Notes under the pieces: generated by a model
Seen by the model: only the letters and a program-made list of their open reading frames with translations
The model's database searches: none
What the model was told of the DNA's origin: nothing
Source: an uncultured Gemmatimonadales bacterium
GTDB taxonomy: Bacteria > Gemmatimonadota > Gemmatimonadetes > Gemmatimonadales > Gemmatimonadaceae
DNA: 64,000 nucleotides
Reading direction: 5' to 3'
Assembly: GCA_963707505.1 (NCBI GenBank)
Contig: CAVPQB010000004.1
Span: 1,152,001-1,216,000, forward strand
Shown: positions 1 to 11,212 of the stretch, piece by piece
How the letters are laid out: each line of letters begins with the position of its first letter
How positions within the stretch are numbered: the first letter of the stretch is position 1
Program-made: the position numbers and the translations under genes

Positions 1-708
1 AGAACGCAGTCGTCACCGACCTCGGCCGCGCGAAGCGCATCGTCGTCGACAAGGACAACACGACGATCATCGATGGCGCAGGTACGGATGACGCCATTCA
101 GGGCCGCATCAAGGAGATCAAGGCGGCGGTCGAGAAGACGACGTCAGATTACGATCGTGAGAAGCTGCAGGAGCGCCTCGCGAAGATCGCCGGCGGTGTT
201 GCGGTGATCAACGTCGGCGCAGCGACCGAGAGCGAGATGAAGGAGAAGAAGGCTCGCGTCGAGGATGCTCTGCACGCAACGCGCGCAGCGGTCGAAGAGG
301 GCATCGTCCCGGGCGGCGGTGTTGCACTCATTCGCGCGCAGAAGGCGCTCAAGGACCTCAAGTTCGCGGATCACGACGAGCAGGTCGGCGTCGACATCAT
401 CCGTCGCGCCATCGAGGAGCCGATCCGCATGATCGTTCAGAATGCGGGCGGCGAAGGCTCGATGGTCGTCGAGAAGGTGCGTAGCGCGAAGGACAACACC
501 TTCGGCTACAATGCACTCACCGACTACGTACGAGGATCTCGTGCAGGCCGGTGTCATCGATCCAACGAAGGTCACGCGCACGGCGCTCCAGAATGCAGCC
601 AGCATCGCCGGCCTGCTTCTGACGACCGAAGCGTTGATCGTCGAGAAGAAGGAAGCGACGCCACCAGCAGGTGGCCCGCCAGGCGGCGGCATGGGCGGAA
701 TGTACTAA
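1..708 (+). CDS. groEL: Chaperonin GroEL, C-terminal part (5' end outside window; indel near 525-530)
   Basis: [26 protein letters not shown] in one frame, [20 protein letters not shown] and a GGMGGMY tail in another; TAA at 706-708. Confidence 0.97.
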
Positions 709-729
709 CCGCTCGTCGCAATCTTGTAG

Positions 730-762
730 AAACGGCCCGGGGCGAGTGCTCCGGGCCGTTTT
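730..762 (+). terminator. Intrinsic terminator after groEL
   Basis: AAACGGCCCGGGGC-GAGT-GCTCCGGGCCGTTT hairpin ending in a T-tract. Confidence 0.85.
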
Positions 763-873
763 GCGTAGAATGGTATCGCGCGCTCGACTCCGGTGTCTTA
801 CACGCGCTCGAACAGCTGCGCGATCTTGTAGCGAAAGCGGGGTCGGTCGCCGAGGGCGGCTGACGATCGGCCT

Positions 874-3567
874 CTATTCGCTCCGGAGCGCGATCACCGG
901 ATCCACGCGTGTTGCGCGCGATGCGGGAATGAGTGCCGCTGCAGTCCCAACCAAAAGCAGGATCGCCGACGCGGCGCCGAACGCGACGGTGTCGACTGCG
1001 CTTACGCCGAAGAGAAAGCTGCTCACCATGCGCGTAAGTGCAACGCTCAAACCGATGCCAATGATCAGGCCAATGACAATTGACGCGATGTTCTCGGCCA
1101 GTACGAGACGGAGCACGCCGCCAACACGGGCACCCAGCGCAACGCGAATGCCGATCTCCTTGGTGCGTTGCGTGACTCCGTATCCAACAACCCCGTAGAT
1201 ACCGACGGCCGTTATCGCGAGGGCAAGCAGACTGAACAGCCCAAGCACCGACACGCCGAGCCGCTGAGCAAATACTGTGTGACCGGTACGATCCTCGAAC
1301 GTCGAGACGTCGTAGATCGGCACTTCAGGCGCCACATCGTGCAAGGCCTGCCGAATCTCACCGAGCGCAGCTGACGGAGCGCCAGTGGTCGTGACCACCA
1401 GGTCGACAGGATTGCGTCCCGAGGTCGCGAGATACTGAGCGAGCGCTCTGTAGACCACGGGCTGCGACTTCTCGCGAAGCTCATGATACTTGATGTCGCG
1501 TACTACACCCACGATGAACGCCGTGTCAGCGCTGCCGAACATTATGCGTCGTCCCAGCGGATCCTTTCCCGGCAAATATGTACGCGCCGCGGTTTCATTG
1601 ATGATTGCCACATGCTGCGAGGATGGGCCATCATGCTCAGTGAACAGCCGGCCTCGGAGGAGTGGGATGGAGAACGCCTGCAAGTACTGAGGTGTTACAT
1701 CGATCGTCTCGACGCCCGTGTGTTCGTCCGGCGGCGGAGTGTAACCATCGAGTTGGAACCCCTCGCTGTCCGAGCCGAGATCGAGCGGCAGCGTCGTGCC
1801 CCAGGCGGCGAACCGTACGTTCGGCCTGCTGCCAAGGCGTCGTACAGCCGCATCGTAGATCTGCCCCGTGCGCGCGCTGTCGCTGCGGATGAGGCCAGCG
1901 TTGATGGAGGCGACGGCAACGTGCGAACCGTCAAATCCTGGATCGGTGGCAAGCGCGCGCTGCAGGCTTCGCGCGAAGAGACCGGCTCCGACCAGAAGAA
2001 CAAGGCTCAGAGCCACCTGCGCGATCAGCAGCGTGCGACGCAATCCTGACTGCTGGCTACCAGCTCCGGGCGACCCATCCTTCAACGCTCCGGCCATGTC
2101 GTGCCGAGTGCTCTGGAGCGCTGGCGCGACACCAAATATCACACTGGCGATGAGCGCAAGGATGATCGTGTATGTCATCACGCGCCCATCGACGTGAACT
2201 CCTACCGACGCAAGCGAAAGCCCTTCCGGCAGTGTTATGTGTGACACCGCACGAATCCCAGCTTGTGTTGCCAGCAGGCCAACGATCGCAGCCACGAGCG
2301 CGAGCACCCCCGTTTCCGTTAGCAACTGCCTGACCACGCGTCCTCTACCTGCTCCTACTGCCATGCGAATCCCGATTTCTCGGCGCCGACTCATCGCGCG
2401 GGCAAGCAGCAGGTTCGAGACGTTGGCGCATGCAATCAGAAGCACTATCCCGACTACGACGAACACGATTGCGGTGGCGCGCACTAGTGTTCCGTGCGCG
2501 ATGCTGGATACAGCAGCCTCGCCTGCCCATACCACGTTCTCAGCGGTAATCCCTTTCGCGAGGCTCTGGTGGTTGTTCGGGTACGAAGTGTCCTGATGTA
2601 CCGCGGCAGTGTGGAGTGAAGCTGCAGCTTGCTGAATCGTCGCTCCAGGTGCGAGGCGTCCGATCATGTTCAGCCATGACCAACCTCGTGTATCAAGCCC
2701 AAGCCTGCTGAATGACGTTGGCGCCAGTGCCATCCACGTATGAGCAGGCACCCACAACTCCTCGGGGGAATCGAGCTGAACGCCATGAAACTCACTCGCG
2801 GCGACCCCCACGATCGTGACCGGCATTCCGTTGAGATCGAGTACGCGTCCAATCACATCTGTACCGGCCGGGAAGAAACGGCGTGCGAACGTCGCACTCA
2901 GAACTGCGACAGGCGGCGCGCCCGGATCGTCGTCGCGCGCGACCAGCACGCGTCCGCTCGACGGACCGACGCCAAGCACGCTGAAGTAGTTGCCGCTAAC
3001 GGCTGCCGCTGACGCGATCTCCGCACGCTGTCCATTTGAGACAGCGGTGCTACGGTCGCTGAATACCGCCAGTCCGCTGAGGGCGGAGTTCGAGCTGGCG
3101 AAGTCGCGGTATGACGGATACGAAACTGATAGACCATTTACCGCGATCAGGCGGTCAGGTGCGGTGACACCTGGAAGCGGACGCAGGATGAGCGCGTTGA
3201 CGAGACCGAATATCAACCCGTTCGCGCCGATACCAAGTGCCAACGTGAGGACGGCGGCACTTGCGAATCCGCGATTACGCGCCAGTTGCCGGATCGCGAA
3301 GACAACGTCGTTCCTGAGGCCGTACATGAACTCGGCGAATCGTACATACCGTTGGTGCTGGTGTCCGATTCGGTAGCATACCTCGCGTACGTTCGCATAG
3401 CTCCCGAACCGGCGCAGCGCTTCTGCGTGCGCATCGTCGCGCGAGAGGCCGGTGGCTAAATAATCGCGCTCGCGCATCTCGACGTGGAAGTTCAGCTCTT
3501 CATCCACATCGTCTTCCACGTCTGCGCGCCAGAAGCGAAGGTAACGGCGCCACGCTTCCGTCGCCAC
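874..3567 (-). CDS. ADOP-family duplicated ABC permease (MacB/FtsX domains)
   Basis: N-terminal DVDEELNFH prefix, LTLALGIGAN, LLIACANVSNLLLARA..RRREIGIR, TQRTKEIGIRVALGA, DPVIALRSE; 897 aa. Confidence 0.92.
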   Translation of the reverse strand: MATEAWRRYLRFWRADVEDDVDEELNFHVEMRERDYLATGLSRDDAHAEALRRFGSYANVREVCYRIGHQHQRYVRFAEFMYGLRNDVVFAIRQLARNRGFASAAVLTLALGIGANGLIFGLVNALILRPLPGVTAPDRLIAVNGLSVSYPSYRDFASSNSALSGLAVFSDRSTAVSNGQRAEIASAAAVSGNYFSVLGVGPSSGRVLVARDDDPGAPPVAVLSATFARRFFPAGTDVIGRVLDLNGMPVTIVGVAASEFHGVQLDSPEELWVPAHTWMALAPTSFSRLGLDTRGWSWLNMIGRLAPGATIQQAAASLHTAAVHQDTSYPNNHQSLAKGITAENVVWAGEAAVSSIAHGTLVRATAIVFVVVGIVLLIACANVSNLLLARAMSRRREIGIRMAVGAGRGRVVRQLLTETGVLALVAAIVGLLATQAGIRAVSHITLPEGLSLASVGVHVDGRVMTYTIILALIASVIFGVAPALQSTRHDMAGALKDGSPGAGSQQSGLRRTLLIAQVALSLVLLVGAGLFARSLQRALATDPGFDGSHVAVASINAGLIRSDSARTGQIYDAAVRRLGSRPNVRFAAWGTTLPLDLGSDSEGFQLDGYTPPPDEHTGVETIDVTPQYLQAFSIPLLRGRLFTEHDGPSSQHVAIINETAARTYLPGKDPLGRRIMFGSADTAFIVGVVRDIKYHELREKSQPVVYRALAQYLATSGRNPVDLVVTTTGAPSAALGEIRQALHDVAPEVPIYDVSTFEDRTGHTVFAQRLGVSVLGLFSLLALAITAVGIYGVVGYGVTQRTKEIGIRVALGARVGGVLRLVLAENIASIVIGLIIGIGLSVALTRMVSSFLFGVSAVDTVAFGAASAILLLVGTAAALIPASRATRVDPVIALRSE

Positions 3568-3576
3568 GGTCGCGCC

Positions 3577-3921
3577 CTATGCTGGTTGAGTGGTTGCGCC
3601 AAGCACGCAGCTCACCGCATCGGCGAACCGTACCCATGTCGACGCCTCGACGCGCAGCTGCTTCCGGCCTTTTACGGTTAGATGATAGAACTTCGCGCGT
3701 CGATTGTTTTCCGACAGTCCCCACTCCGCGGCGATCAGTCCGCGCGCTTCAAGCCGGTGCAGAGCAGGGTAAAGTGAGCCCTCCTCGATGCGCAGTACGT
3801 CGTCGGTAGTCTGTTGCAGCCACTTCGCGATCGAGTAGCCGTGAACGGGAGCCCAGCTCACGGCCTTCAGTATCAGAACATCCAGGGTGCCCTGGAATAA
3901 ATCAACGCTCGGCTTGCTCAT
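3577..3921 (-). CDS. PadR-family transcriptional regulator (acidobacterial type associated with ADOP permeases)
   Basis: QGTLDVLILK..HGYSIA..EEGSLYPALHRLE..WGLSENNRRAKFY; start placed at MSKPS (ATG at 3921). Confidence 0.93.
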   Translation of the reverse strand: MSKPSVDLFQGTLDVLILKAVSWAPVHGYSIAKWLQQTTDDVLRIEEGSLYPALHRLEARGLIAAEWGLSENNRRAKFYHLTVKGRKQLRVEASTWVRFADAVSCVLGATTQPA

Positions 3922-3930
3922 GCCTGTCCC

Positions 3931-3978
3931 CATAGGTCGTCTAGGGGACGATAGCACCACTTACCTAGAACGTCAAGG
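3931..3978 (-). promoter_or_regulatory. Sigma70-type promoter of padR with two overlapping palindromic boxes
   Basis: Minus strand TTGACG (3971-3976)-17 bp-TATCGT (3948-3953) with extended TG; CCTAGA-N3-TCTAGG-like boxes at 3931-3945 and 3964-3978. Confidence 0.7.
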
Positions 3979-4168
3979 GGAGTCAGCGGAGCGTTCGGCC
4001 AGGGCGTGTCGATGACGGGAGTGCGGCATCGGCAACATGATCGGCGCGCGCAGTCGCCTGTGAACAGTCACCGTTCGTTCTCGCACACCGACAACCCACG
4101 CAATCCGCGTTCCGTCGGCGCAGACGTCGGCGCCGAGGGCTGCGCCGATTCAAGCGATCAAGGGATCG

Positions 4169-4981
4169 CTATAGCGCGAGCGCCAGTTGTACCGAGATCG
4201 CGCTTCGCGCCCCCGCCTCGAACGGCCCCGCCACACGATCCTGGCTCGCCGCGCTCAATCGTCCCGTGAACTTTGTTCGCGAGATCGCGCTGTGCACGTC
4301 GCTCAGTGCAGTGCGTGGCGTGTTGCACTTCTCGCTCAGGTGGGCCAGCACGATCTGCCGAAGTCCGCGATGCGCCACTTCGCGCGCGAGCTGTCCCGCG
4401 CGTCCGTTGCTGAGATGGCCGTGCCGTCCGGCGATCCGCGCACGGACGGATGCTGGATACGGCCCGGCGTGCAGCATCAGCTCGTCGTGGTTTGCTTCGA
4501 GAATCAACATATCGAGATCCCGCATCACATCGATCACACTCTGGCCGGCGACGCCCAGATCGTACGCGATACCGGTGCGCGCGCCTGTCGATCGCGAAGT
4601 CGCCACCAGCACCACTGGCTCCGCTGCATCGTGCGAGGACTTGACTGTGAGAATGTCCAGGTCGCCGATCGAGATTCCATCGCCGGCGCGAAATGCCACA
4701 GCGCCGCAGCCACTGAGATCACGACAAGCGGTAATGGTGCCGACGGTTGCGTGCGCAGTCCAACCGTACCGCTCGCACAATACGCGTACTCCGCGCACAT
4801 GGTCCGTGTGCTCGTGCGTCACGAGAACTGCCTGAATCGATTCTGGCTCTATCGCCACCGACCGCATGCGCTCGACCAGAATACTCGGCGCGAAGCCCGC
4901 ATCTATCAACACGCGCGAGTCTCCGGACTCCAGCACCACGGCGTTTCCTCGGCTTCCCGAGCCGAGCAACCACATCCTCAT
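4169..4981 (-). CDS. MBL-fold metallo-hydrolase (YycJ/WalJ-like)
   Basis: LGSGSRGNA, THEHTDH, LEANHD, GHLSN, LAHLSEKCN motifs; start placed at MRMWLL. Confidence 0.88.
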   Translation of the reverse strand: MRMWLLGSGSRGNAVVLESGDSRVLIDAGFAPSILVERMRSVAIEPESIQAVLVTHEHTDHVRGVRVLCERYGWTAHATVGTITACRDLSGCGAVAFRAGDGISIGDLDILTVKSSHDAAEPVVLVATSRSTGARTGIAYDLGVAGQSVIDVMRDLDMLILEANHDELMLHAGPYPASVRARIAGRHGHLSNGRAGQLAREVAHRGLRQIVLAHLSEKCNTPRTALSDVHSAISRTKFTGRLSAASQDRVAGPFEAGARSAISVQLALAL

Positions 4982-5042
4982 CGTCACTGTTACACCCTTG
5001 TCGCGCAAATGGGCCGCGTCGTGATGCAGCTCCGACACCGTA

Positions 5043-6246
5043 TCAGGAATTTGTCGCCCGTGCATGCGCGCGTGCGAGATGGCGACGGAGTGCGTCGCCG
5101 AGCTGAACGCCTCTGCGCTTCATCATGCGCTCCGCGACGTCGATGAACTTGGATGCGTGGAACGTTGCATACGGCTCCCGGTCACCCCATGAAAATGGCG
5201 CGACGAACTTGGGATGCGTGGCTGTGCCGAAAACGTTGGCACCAGTGCCGAGCACAGTGCCCGTGGTGAGCATCGTCCCGATGCCGGTCTTCACGTGGTC
5301 GCCGAACATCGTACCGAGGAATTGCTGGCCGGTGTCGACGACGCCGGCGGGCGTCCACAGGTGCACCGTCCCGTACGTGTTCTTCAGATTGCTCGTAGTG
5401 GTGCCGGCACCCAGGTTCACCCATCGGCCTAGGTACGAATGTCCGACGAAGCCTGTGTGCCCCTTGTTGGAATGGCCCAGCACGATCGTCGAGCTTATCT
5501 CCCCGCGAATTTTACACTTGTCGCCGATCGAGCAATTGGCGACGCGATCACCGACGATGGTTGTGTCTGCGCCGATGTAACAGGGACCGACCAGCCGGGT
5601 GAAGGCCGAAACCGTCGCTCCCTTGCGGATCAGGATCGGCCCCGCGGTCGCGTCGAAGATCACGTAGGCTTCGATCGACGCGCCGCGCTCGATGGCTACC
5701 TGATGCGGTCCGAGGATGCCTGCCGGCTCGCGACAGCGTGTCGAGGCTCGCAGCCATTATTGGGATGTCCTCCGTCAGCTGTGCTGATAAGTGGGCAAGA
5801 AGATCCCAGGTCGCTGAGATCCAGCGTCCGCGGAGGCCGGTTGCGCGCGAATTATCCGCTAATCTTTCGAGCACCTGCGAGCCGTCCGCGAGTGCGGACG
5901 CCGAGAGTGGCTGTGTCAGCCGAACCGCGCAGGTGCGCCCGTCGCAGTTCCATATCGAATCGGTTCCCCTGAGCGTTTCGTCGAGCGCAACGACGAAGCG
6001 AGAGTTCGCTATGATAGCGCCGGCAGGTATCGTCGCGTCCGCGGGCAGTGCACGCGGTGCGTCGGCTTCCTCGAAGTCGGAAAGATGCTCCGCGCCTGCG
6101 AATGCCGCGACGCTGCCGACGACCACCGACGCCCAGCGTTTCCGAATCAGCTCCGCACCCGCGCGTAGTTCGGAAAGCGGACGGGTGAGCGCGAACGGCT
6201 CGAAGCCGCGTGCCAGTGCATCGTCGTACACGTAGAGCGTCGTCAT
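5043..6246 (-). CDS. GlmU-related sugar nucleotidyltransferase/acetyltransferase (indel near 5700-5735)
   Basis: N-terminal FEPFALTRPLSELRAGA; C-terminal left-handed beta-helix with SNKGHTGFVGHSYLGRWVNLGAGTTTSNLKNTY, split over two ORFs. Confidence 0.82.
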
Positions 6247-7293
6247 GCGAGCGACTGAATATCGGGTGGCAACGATTCGATGAGACCCTTGAGATCGACC
6301 GACCGCTCGCGCGTCGTGACGAGCGTGAGTCCATCACGCGTGACGACAACAAGATCGGACACACCGAACAACACGACTGCGTTGCCTTCAGCATGTACGA
6401 CATTGTTCGTCGCGTCGGAGACTACGGACGGAGCCGCTCACGACATTTCCGTGACCGTCCTGCGCGCGCACGCGATGCAGTGACGCCCATGTGCCGACGT
6501 CGTCCCAGCCGAAATCACCGGGAACCACGTATACGCAGTCGCTGCGCTCGAGCACGCCCACGTCGACCGATATCGACTTGACCGACGCGAAGAATCGTCC
6601 GAGCGAGTCAGCCTTTCCGTCTACCTCGTCGAGTGCGTGCGCAACTTCCGGCGTGTGCTTTCGCACTTCAGCGAGAAAGTCACCGACGCGCCAGACGAAG
6701 ATTCCGGAGTTCCAGAGACAGGAGTTCGCGCACAACTCCACCGCGCGCTCACGTGTGGGTTTCTCAATGAAGCGACGCACACGGCGCGCCGACGAGGCCG
6801 GGACGACATCTCCGGGCTCGATGTATCCGAAGCCCGGATCGGGACGGGTAGGAACTATGCCGACGGTCACCAGTCCGTGTTGCTTCTGCGCAACGTCGAC
6901 GGCGCGCTCTAGCGTTGCGCGAAATTCCGGCTCGTCTCCGATCGCCCAGTCTGCGTGTACGCATATCATCACCGTCTCGGGGCCAGCGCGTCGTGCGATC
7001 TCAGCTGCTGCGAATGCAAGTGCCGCAGCGGTGCCGGCCGGTCGAGGCTCCGGTACGATGTTGGCGCGCGACAGCTCCGGAAGTGCGGCGGAGATCGGAT
7101 CGACGAGCGACGCGTTGGTCAGCACGAGCGTGCGCTCATGCGGCACCAGGTCGTGCATGCGCTGCAGCGTCGCGACCAGCAGCGGTCGCTCGTCAACAAG
7201 TGGAAGCAGTTGCTTGGGACGCGCCGGCGTGCTGAGTGGCCAGAACCGCGAACCGACGCCTCCGGCGAGCACGACACTCCAGCGCCTGCTCAG
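6243..7293 (-). CDS. manC: Mannose-1-phosphate guanylyltransferase (indel near 6420; start uncertain, possibly CTG)
   Basis: VLAGGVGSRFWPLS..PKQLL, GFGYIE, FIEKP, WNSGIF, SVDVGVLE, WDDVGTW; C-terminus in another frame ends in TGA overlapping the next ATG. Confidence 0.88.
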
Positions 7294-7705
7294 TCATTCG
7301 TCCTCGCCGTCGTTCACGCCGGTCAGGCGCGCCACGAGCGCGTACAATTTCTTGGGGCTGAATGGCTTGGTGACGAACGCGTTGGCACCGCCGGCAAGTG
7401 CTGCGCGCTCCTGTTCGTCCTGGCCGGCTGCTGTAAGAATGATTGCCGGGATATCACTGTGCAGCGTGCCACGCAGATCCGCTCAGCACGTCGAGCCCCG
7501 TTCGCTCCGGCATCATGAGATCGAGCACGACAAGGTCGAAGCTCGTGTGTTCCGCGTGAAGCGAGTCGATCGCCTCTCTGCCGTCGAAGGCGAGCGTCAC
7601 GTCGAACGGTCCCGCCTCGAGCTTCATCTTGATGATACGACCAATGTGCGGCTCGTCGTCCGCGACGAGTACGTGCTTGCGCTGCTCTGCGCTGTCTGTT
7701 GCCAA
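7294..7705 (-). CDS. Single-domain response regulator (receiver; indel near 7485)
   Basis: VLVADDEPHI, DLVVLDLMMP, then ILTAAGQ..FVTKPFSPKKLY in the shifted frame. Confidence 0.85.
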
Positions 7706-7715
7706 CGAACTACTC

Positions 7716-8069
7716 CTAGACCAACGCGGCCATGGACGACCGGTGTTGTCGCAGGTCGTACAGCAGGTCCGCGAGCGCTACGTCAGAGGTCGCGGAGACG
7801 AATAGCAGCGCCTGATCGGACAGCCGCAACACGACTCCGTAGCCGCGCTCGAATTCGAGCACCGCCAGAGCGGATGTTCCGGATCCGGCCGCGTCGCCCA
7901 GCTGGGTGGCCGCAGTCGCCACCGCGGGCACGCGGGCGGCGAGCGCCTCGGCGCGATTCTGGGCCGTGTCGTGTGTCTCGATAAGCAGCCCATCGGCGCC
8001 CAGAATCACGACCGCTTCTACCCCCGGGCGGTTTTGGATCGCCTCCGTCAACTCGCGTAGTGTCGCCAT
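7716..8069 (-). CDS. Roadblock/LC7 (MglB-like) domain protein
   Basis: 117 aa, GVEAVVILGADGLLIE..AVLEFERG pattern typical of roadblock domains. Confidence 0.8.
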   Translation of the reverse strand: MATLRELTEAIQNRPGVEAVVILGADGLLIETHDTAQNRAEALAARVPAVATAATQLGDAAGSGTSALAVLEFERGYGVVLRLSDQALLFVSATSDVALADLLYDLRQHRSSMAALV

Positions 8070-8171
8070 GCGTTGAAAAGTACCGTCCCGACGGCTATTC
8101 TACGAGGCTACGCCACGGGGAATTCTGCTCTCTGGCGGGTACTCCCATTTCTACCCGCTCCGCTTCAGCGC

Positions 8172-8768
8172 ATGCACCTACGCTATCCCGCCGCGGCGGC
8201 CGCGGCCATTGTCGGCCTTGCGCTCGCCACAGGCTGTAAGGACACGAACATACTGCAGGCGGATCTGCCTGTCGTTACGGATACGCTCGTCGCGTATGCG
8301 TTGAGCGGTACCTCAGCCAGCCTTCCGAGCGGCCTGTCGCTAACCATTCGATCGACTGTTCGAGTGGATGGCACGGGATCGTTTGACGTCGGGTTCGACT
8401 TCGACAGCGCCGGCCGGGTGGTGGTGAGTCCGGTTCGGGTGCTGGTGAATCAGCTTTCCGGTGCCCCGCAGGTCGGAATCCAGACGCTGTTCACGACTCC
8501 ATACGACAGCATCAAGAGCGCGCCCGGCGGCTACTACCGTCCGGATACCGCGATTGTGGTGCTCGGCGGGCCAGCCGTTCGTGCTGCTCGTGAATGGACG
8601 GACAACGGCGAGCTCGATCTGTATCTACGATCCAGCGCCGACCCTCTACGCGAAGGTCGTGATCGACAGCACCAAGCCCGACCACCACACGCGCGATCTA
8701 CATGCGGGTGACGATCGGATCCAAACTGCGGCTACAGATCGCTGGTGCCCGGCCTTCCATCGAACTGA
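8172..8768 (+). CDS. Hypothetical lipoprotein (indels near 8565 and 8700)
   Basis: Signal peptide with lipobox LATG-C; reading continues through shifted frames (YAKVVIDST, GYRSLVPGLPSN*). Confidence 0.65.
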
Positions 8769-8774
8769 CCGACC

Positions 8775-10051
8775 GTGCACGACTTACATCTGCTTCGTGA
8801 TAAACCCGAGACTCTTCGCGACGCGCTGAGTCGCCGCAACATGCTCGGCGTCCAGCGGTGCGCTCGTGGATCATGTGCTTGCGCTCGACACGGAGCGTCG
8901 ATCCATCATCCAGCGTGTCGAGGAGATCAAGGCGAATCGCAATGCGGTGACGCAGGAAGTCGCGAAACGGAAGCGCGCGGGTGAGGATGCCGAGTCGTTG
9001 ATCGCGGAAGGCAGAGCGCTCGGAGATGAGATAGACGCGCTGCAGATGCATCTGACCTCGACGGAAGAAGAATTGTCGGCTGTCGTGCTGCAGCTTCCGA
9101 ATGTGCCGCTTGCGGACGTTCCAGGCGGCGGAGAAGAGAACAACGCCGTGGTGAGAACCTGGGGAACCCCGCGTGCGCGCAGAAGGAGTGCTCCCGCACT
9201 GGGAGATCGGTGCGAAGCTCGGGCTCATCGATCTGGAACGCGGCGCCAAGATCAGCGGCTCGGGTTTCATCGTGTATCGTGGCGAAGGCGCTCGGCTGGT
9301 TCGCGCGCTGATGAATCTCATGCTCGACACGCACACGCGCGAGCACGGATATCAGGAGACCTGGGTTCCGGCGGTCGTCAATCGCGAGTCGATGACGGGC
9401 ACGGCACAGTTTCCCAAGTTCGAGGATGAGCAGTACGGCTTGAGCGACGAGGAGCTGTTTCTCATTCCCACCGCGGAAGTTCCGCTCACGAATCTCTACC
9501 GTGACGAGATCATTCCCGAGTCGGATCTGCCGCGCACCTTCACTGCGTATTCGCCCTGCTTCCGGCGCGAGGCTGGCGCGCATGGCAAGGATACGCGTGG
9601 TCTGCTTCGGGTGCATCAGTTCGACAAGGTCGAGCTGGTGCGCTACGCGCATCCCGACAAATCGCTGGAAGAGCACGAGCTGATCACCGCCCACGCAGAG
9701 CGGATTCTTCAGTTGCTTGAATTACCGTACCGGGTGTTGCTGCTCGCAGCAGGCGACACCGGTTTCGCGAGCGCCAAGACGTACGATCTGGAGGCGTTCT
9801 CTCCAGGCGTTGGGAAGTGGCTCGAGGTGTCGTCGTCCAGCAATTTCACTGATTTTCAGGGCCGGCGCGCGAACATCCGCTTTCGCCCGAGCGGTGGGGG
9901 CAAGCCCCGTTTCGTACACACGCTCAACGCATCCGGATTGGCGTTTCCGCGCATCATCGCGGCCATTCTCGAGCATCACCAGAACGCGGACGGAACGGTT
10001 CGTGTGCCTGCGGCGCTAGAGCCGTACTTCGGCGCGTCGGTGATCAAGTAG
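8775..10051 (+). CDS. serS: Serine--tRNA ligase (indels near 8850 and 9170)
   Basis: [47 protein letters not shown]. Confidence 0.95.
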
Positions 10052-10054
10052 CGC

Positions 10055-11212
10055 GTGCGCCGCTCCACGCCGCTGTGGGCAGTTGTATTCGGCGTGGTTG
10101 CGCTGCTCACGTGGTACGTGTTCTACATGCGAAGTGTGGTGACGGACCTGCGCGCCGAGGCGTCGCGCGTGGGCAAGATGTACGCGCGGGTGTACGATGC
10201 TCTGAGCGATCCGAATACTGACGCGACGACCGCACTGCAGGATCTGTCGGCTCTGATGCGGGAATCCGGCGTACCGATCATCGTTACAGACGCCCGTGGC
10301 TCCGTTACCGCATCCGCAAATTTGCCGAAGGACATTCTCGGAAGCAACGCGCGGATAGCGCAGTATGCGCGCGAGCTTGCGCGTGAAAACAAGCCAGTGG
10401 TCGAGCCCGGCGTTGGGACAGTTTATTTCGGCAACACCCGACTGGTGGAAGGGCTTCGCATCATTCCGGCGCTGCAGGCGCTGTTGATCGCGATGTTCCT
10501 GACCGCAGGGATATACGCGTTGCGAACGCGCGGTCGAGCTGACCGGGAGCAGATCTGGGCGGGCATGGCGCGAGAATCGGCTCACCAGCTTGGCACACCG
10601 CTTTCAAGCATGAGCGGATGGATCGAGCTGTTGCGCGATCACGACGCGGGTGACCCGGTGTTGACGCACGCGCTCGCTCACATGGATGGCGATCTCGAGC
10701 GATTGCGACGCGTCGCATTTCGCTTCGAGCGAATCGGCCGCCCGCCGCGTCGCGAAAAGGTGGACGTGGGAGACGTAGTAGAGCGCGTAGCGACGTACTT
10801 TCGTGCCCGGGTGCCCACGCTTGCGAAGGCTGTTACCATACGATCGGTGCGTCGCGGCGAGTCGCTCGTAGTTGACGGAGATCCGGTTCTGCTCGAATGG
10901 GCGATCGAGTCGCTGGCCAAGAATGCTATCGACGCACTCGCGGGACGCGGTGGACGTGTTACACTATCTGTACAGGAACTACCGGAAGGAAGAGTTCGTA
11001 TCCGCGTCAAGGACAACGGGCCCGGTGTTCCGCGTGAGTTAAGGAAGCGAATCTTCGACGCTGGGTTTTCCACCAAGGAAAAAGGGTGGGGGATCGGGCT
11101 CTCCCTCGCCAGGCGCATCGTCACCGAAGGACATGACGGCCGGCTACTGCTGCAATCCGGCACACGTGGCGCGACGTTTGACATAATTCTGGAACATGAA
11201 TCAACGAGTTGA
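10055..11212 (+). CDS. Membrane sensor histidine kinase
   Basis: Two TM segments, WAGMARESAHQLGTPLS H-box, KNAIDA, DNGPG, GWGIGL. Confidence 0.9.
   Translation: MRRSTPLWAVVFGVVALLTWYVFYMRSVVTDLRAEASRVGKMYARVYDALSDPNTDATTALQDLSALMRESGVPIIVTDARGSVTASANLPKDILGSNARIAQYARELARENKPVVEPGVGTVYFGNTRLVEGLRIIPALQALLIAMFLTAGIYALRTRGRADREQIWAGMARESAHQLGTPLSSMSGWIELLRDHDAGDPVLTHALAHMDGDLERLRRVAFRFERIGRPPRREKVDVGDVVERVATYFRARVPTLAKAVTIRSVRRGESLVVDGDPVLLEWAIESLAKNAIDALAGRGGRVTLSVQELPEGRVRIRVKDNGPGVPRELRKRIFDAGFSTKEKGWGIGLSLARRIVTEGHDGRLLLQSGTRGATFDIILEHESTS

Noticed and set aside
717..831. Near-identical 13-mers CGC(A/G)ATCTTGTAG at 717-729 and 819-831 flanking the groEL terminator
   Set aside because: Short, only two copies, and no mobile element between them; cannot be distinguished from chance
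3980..4168. Small ORF or sRNA between padR and the MBL hydrolase gene
   Set aside because: No convincing RBS, motif or stable conserved-looking structure
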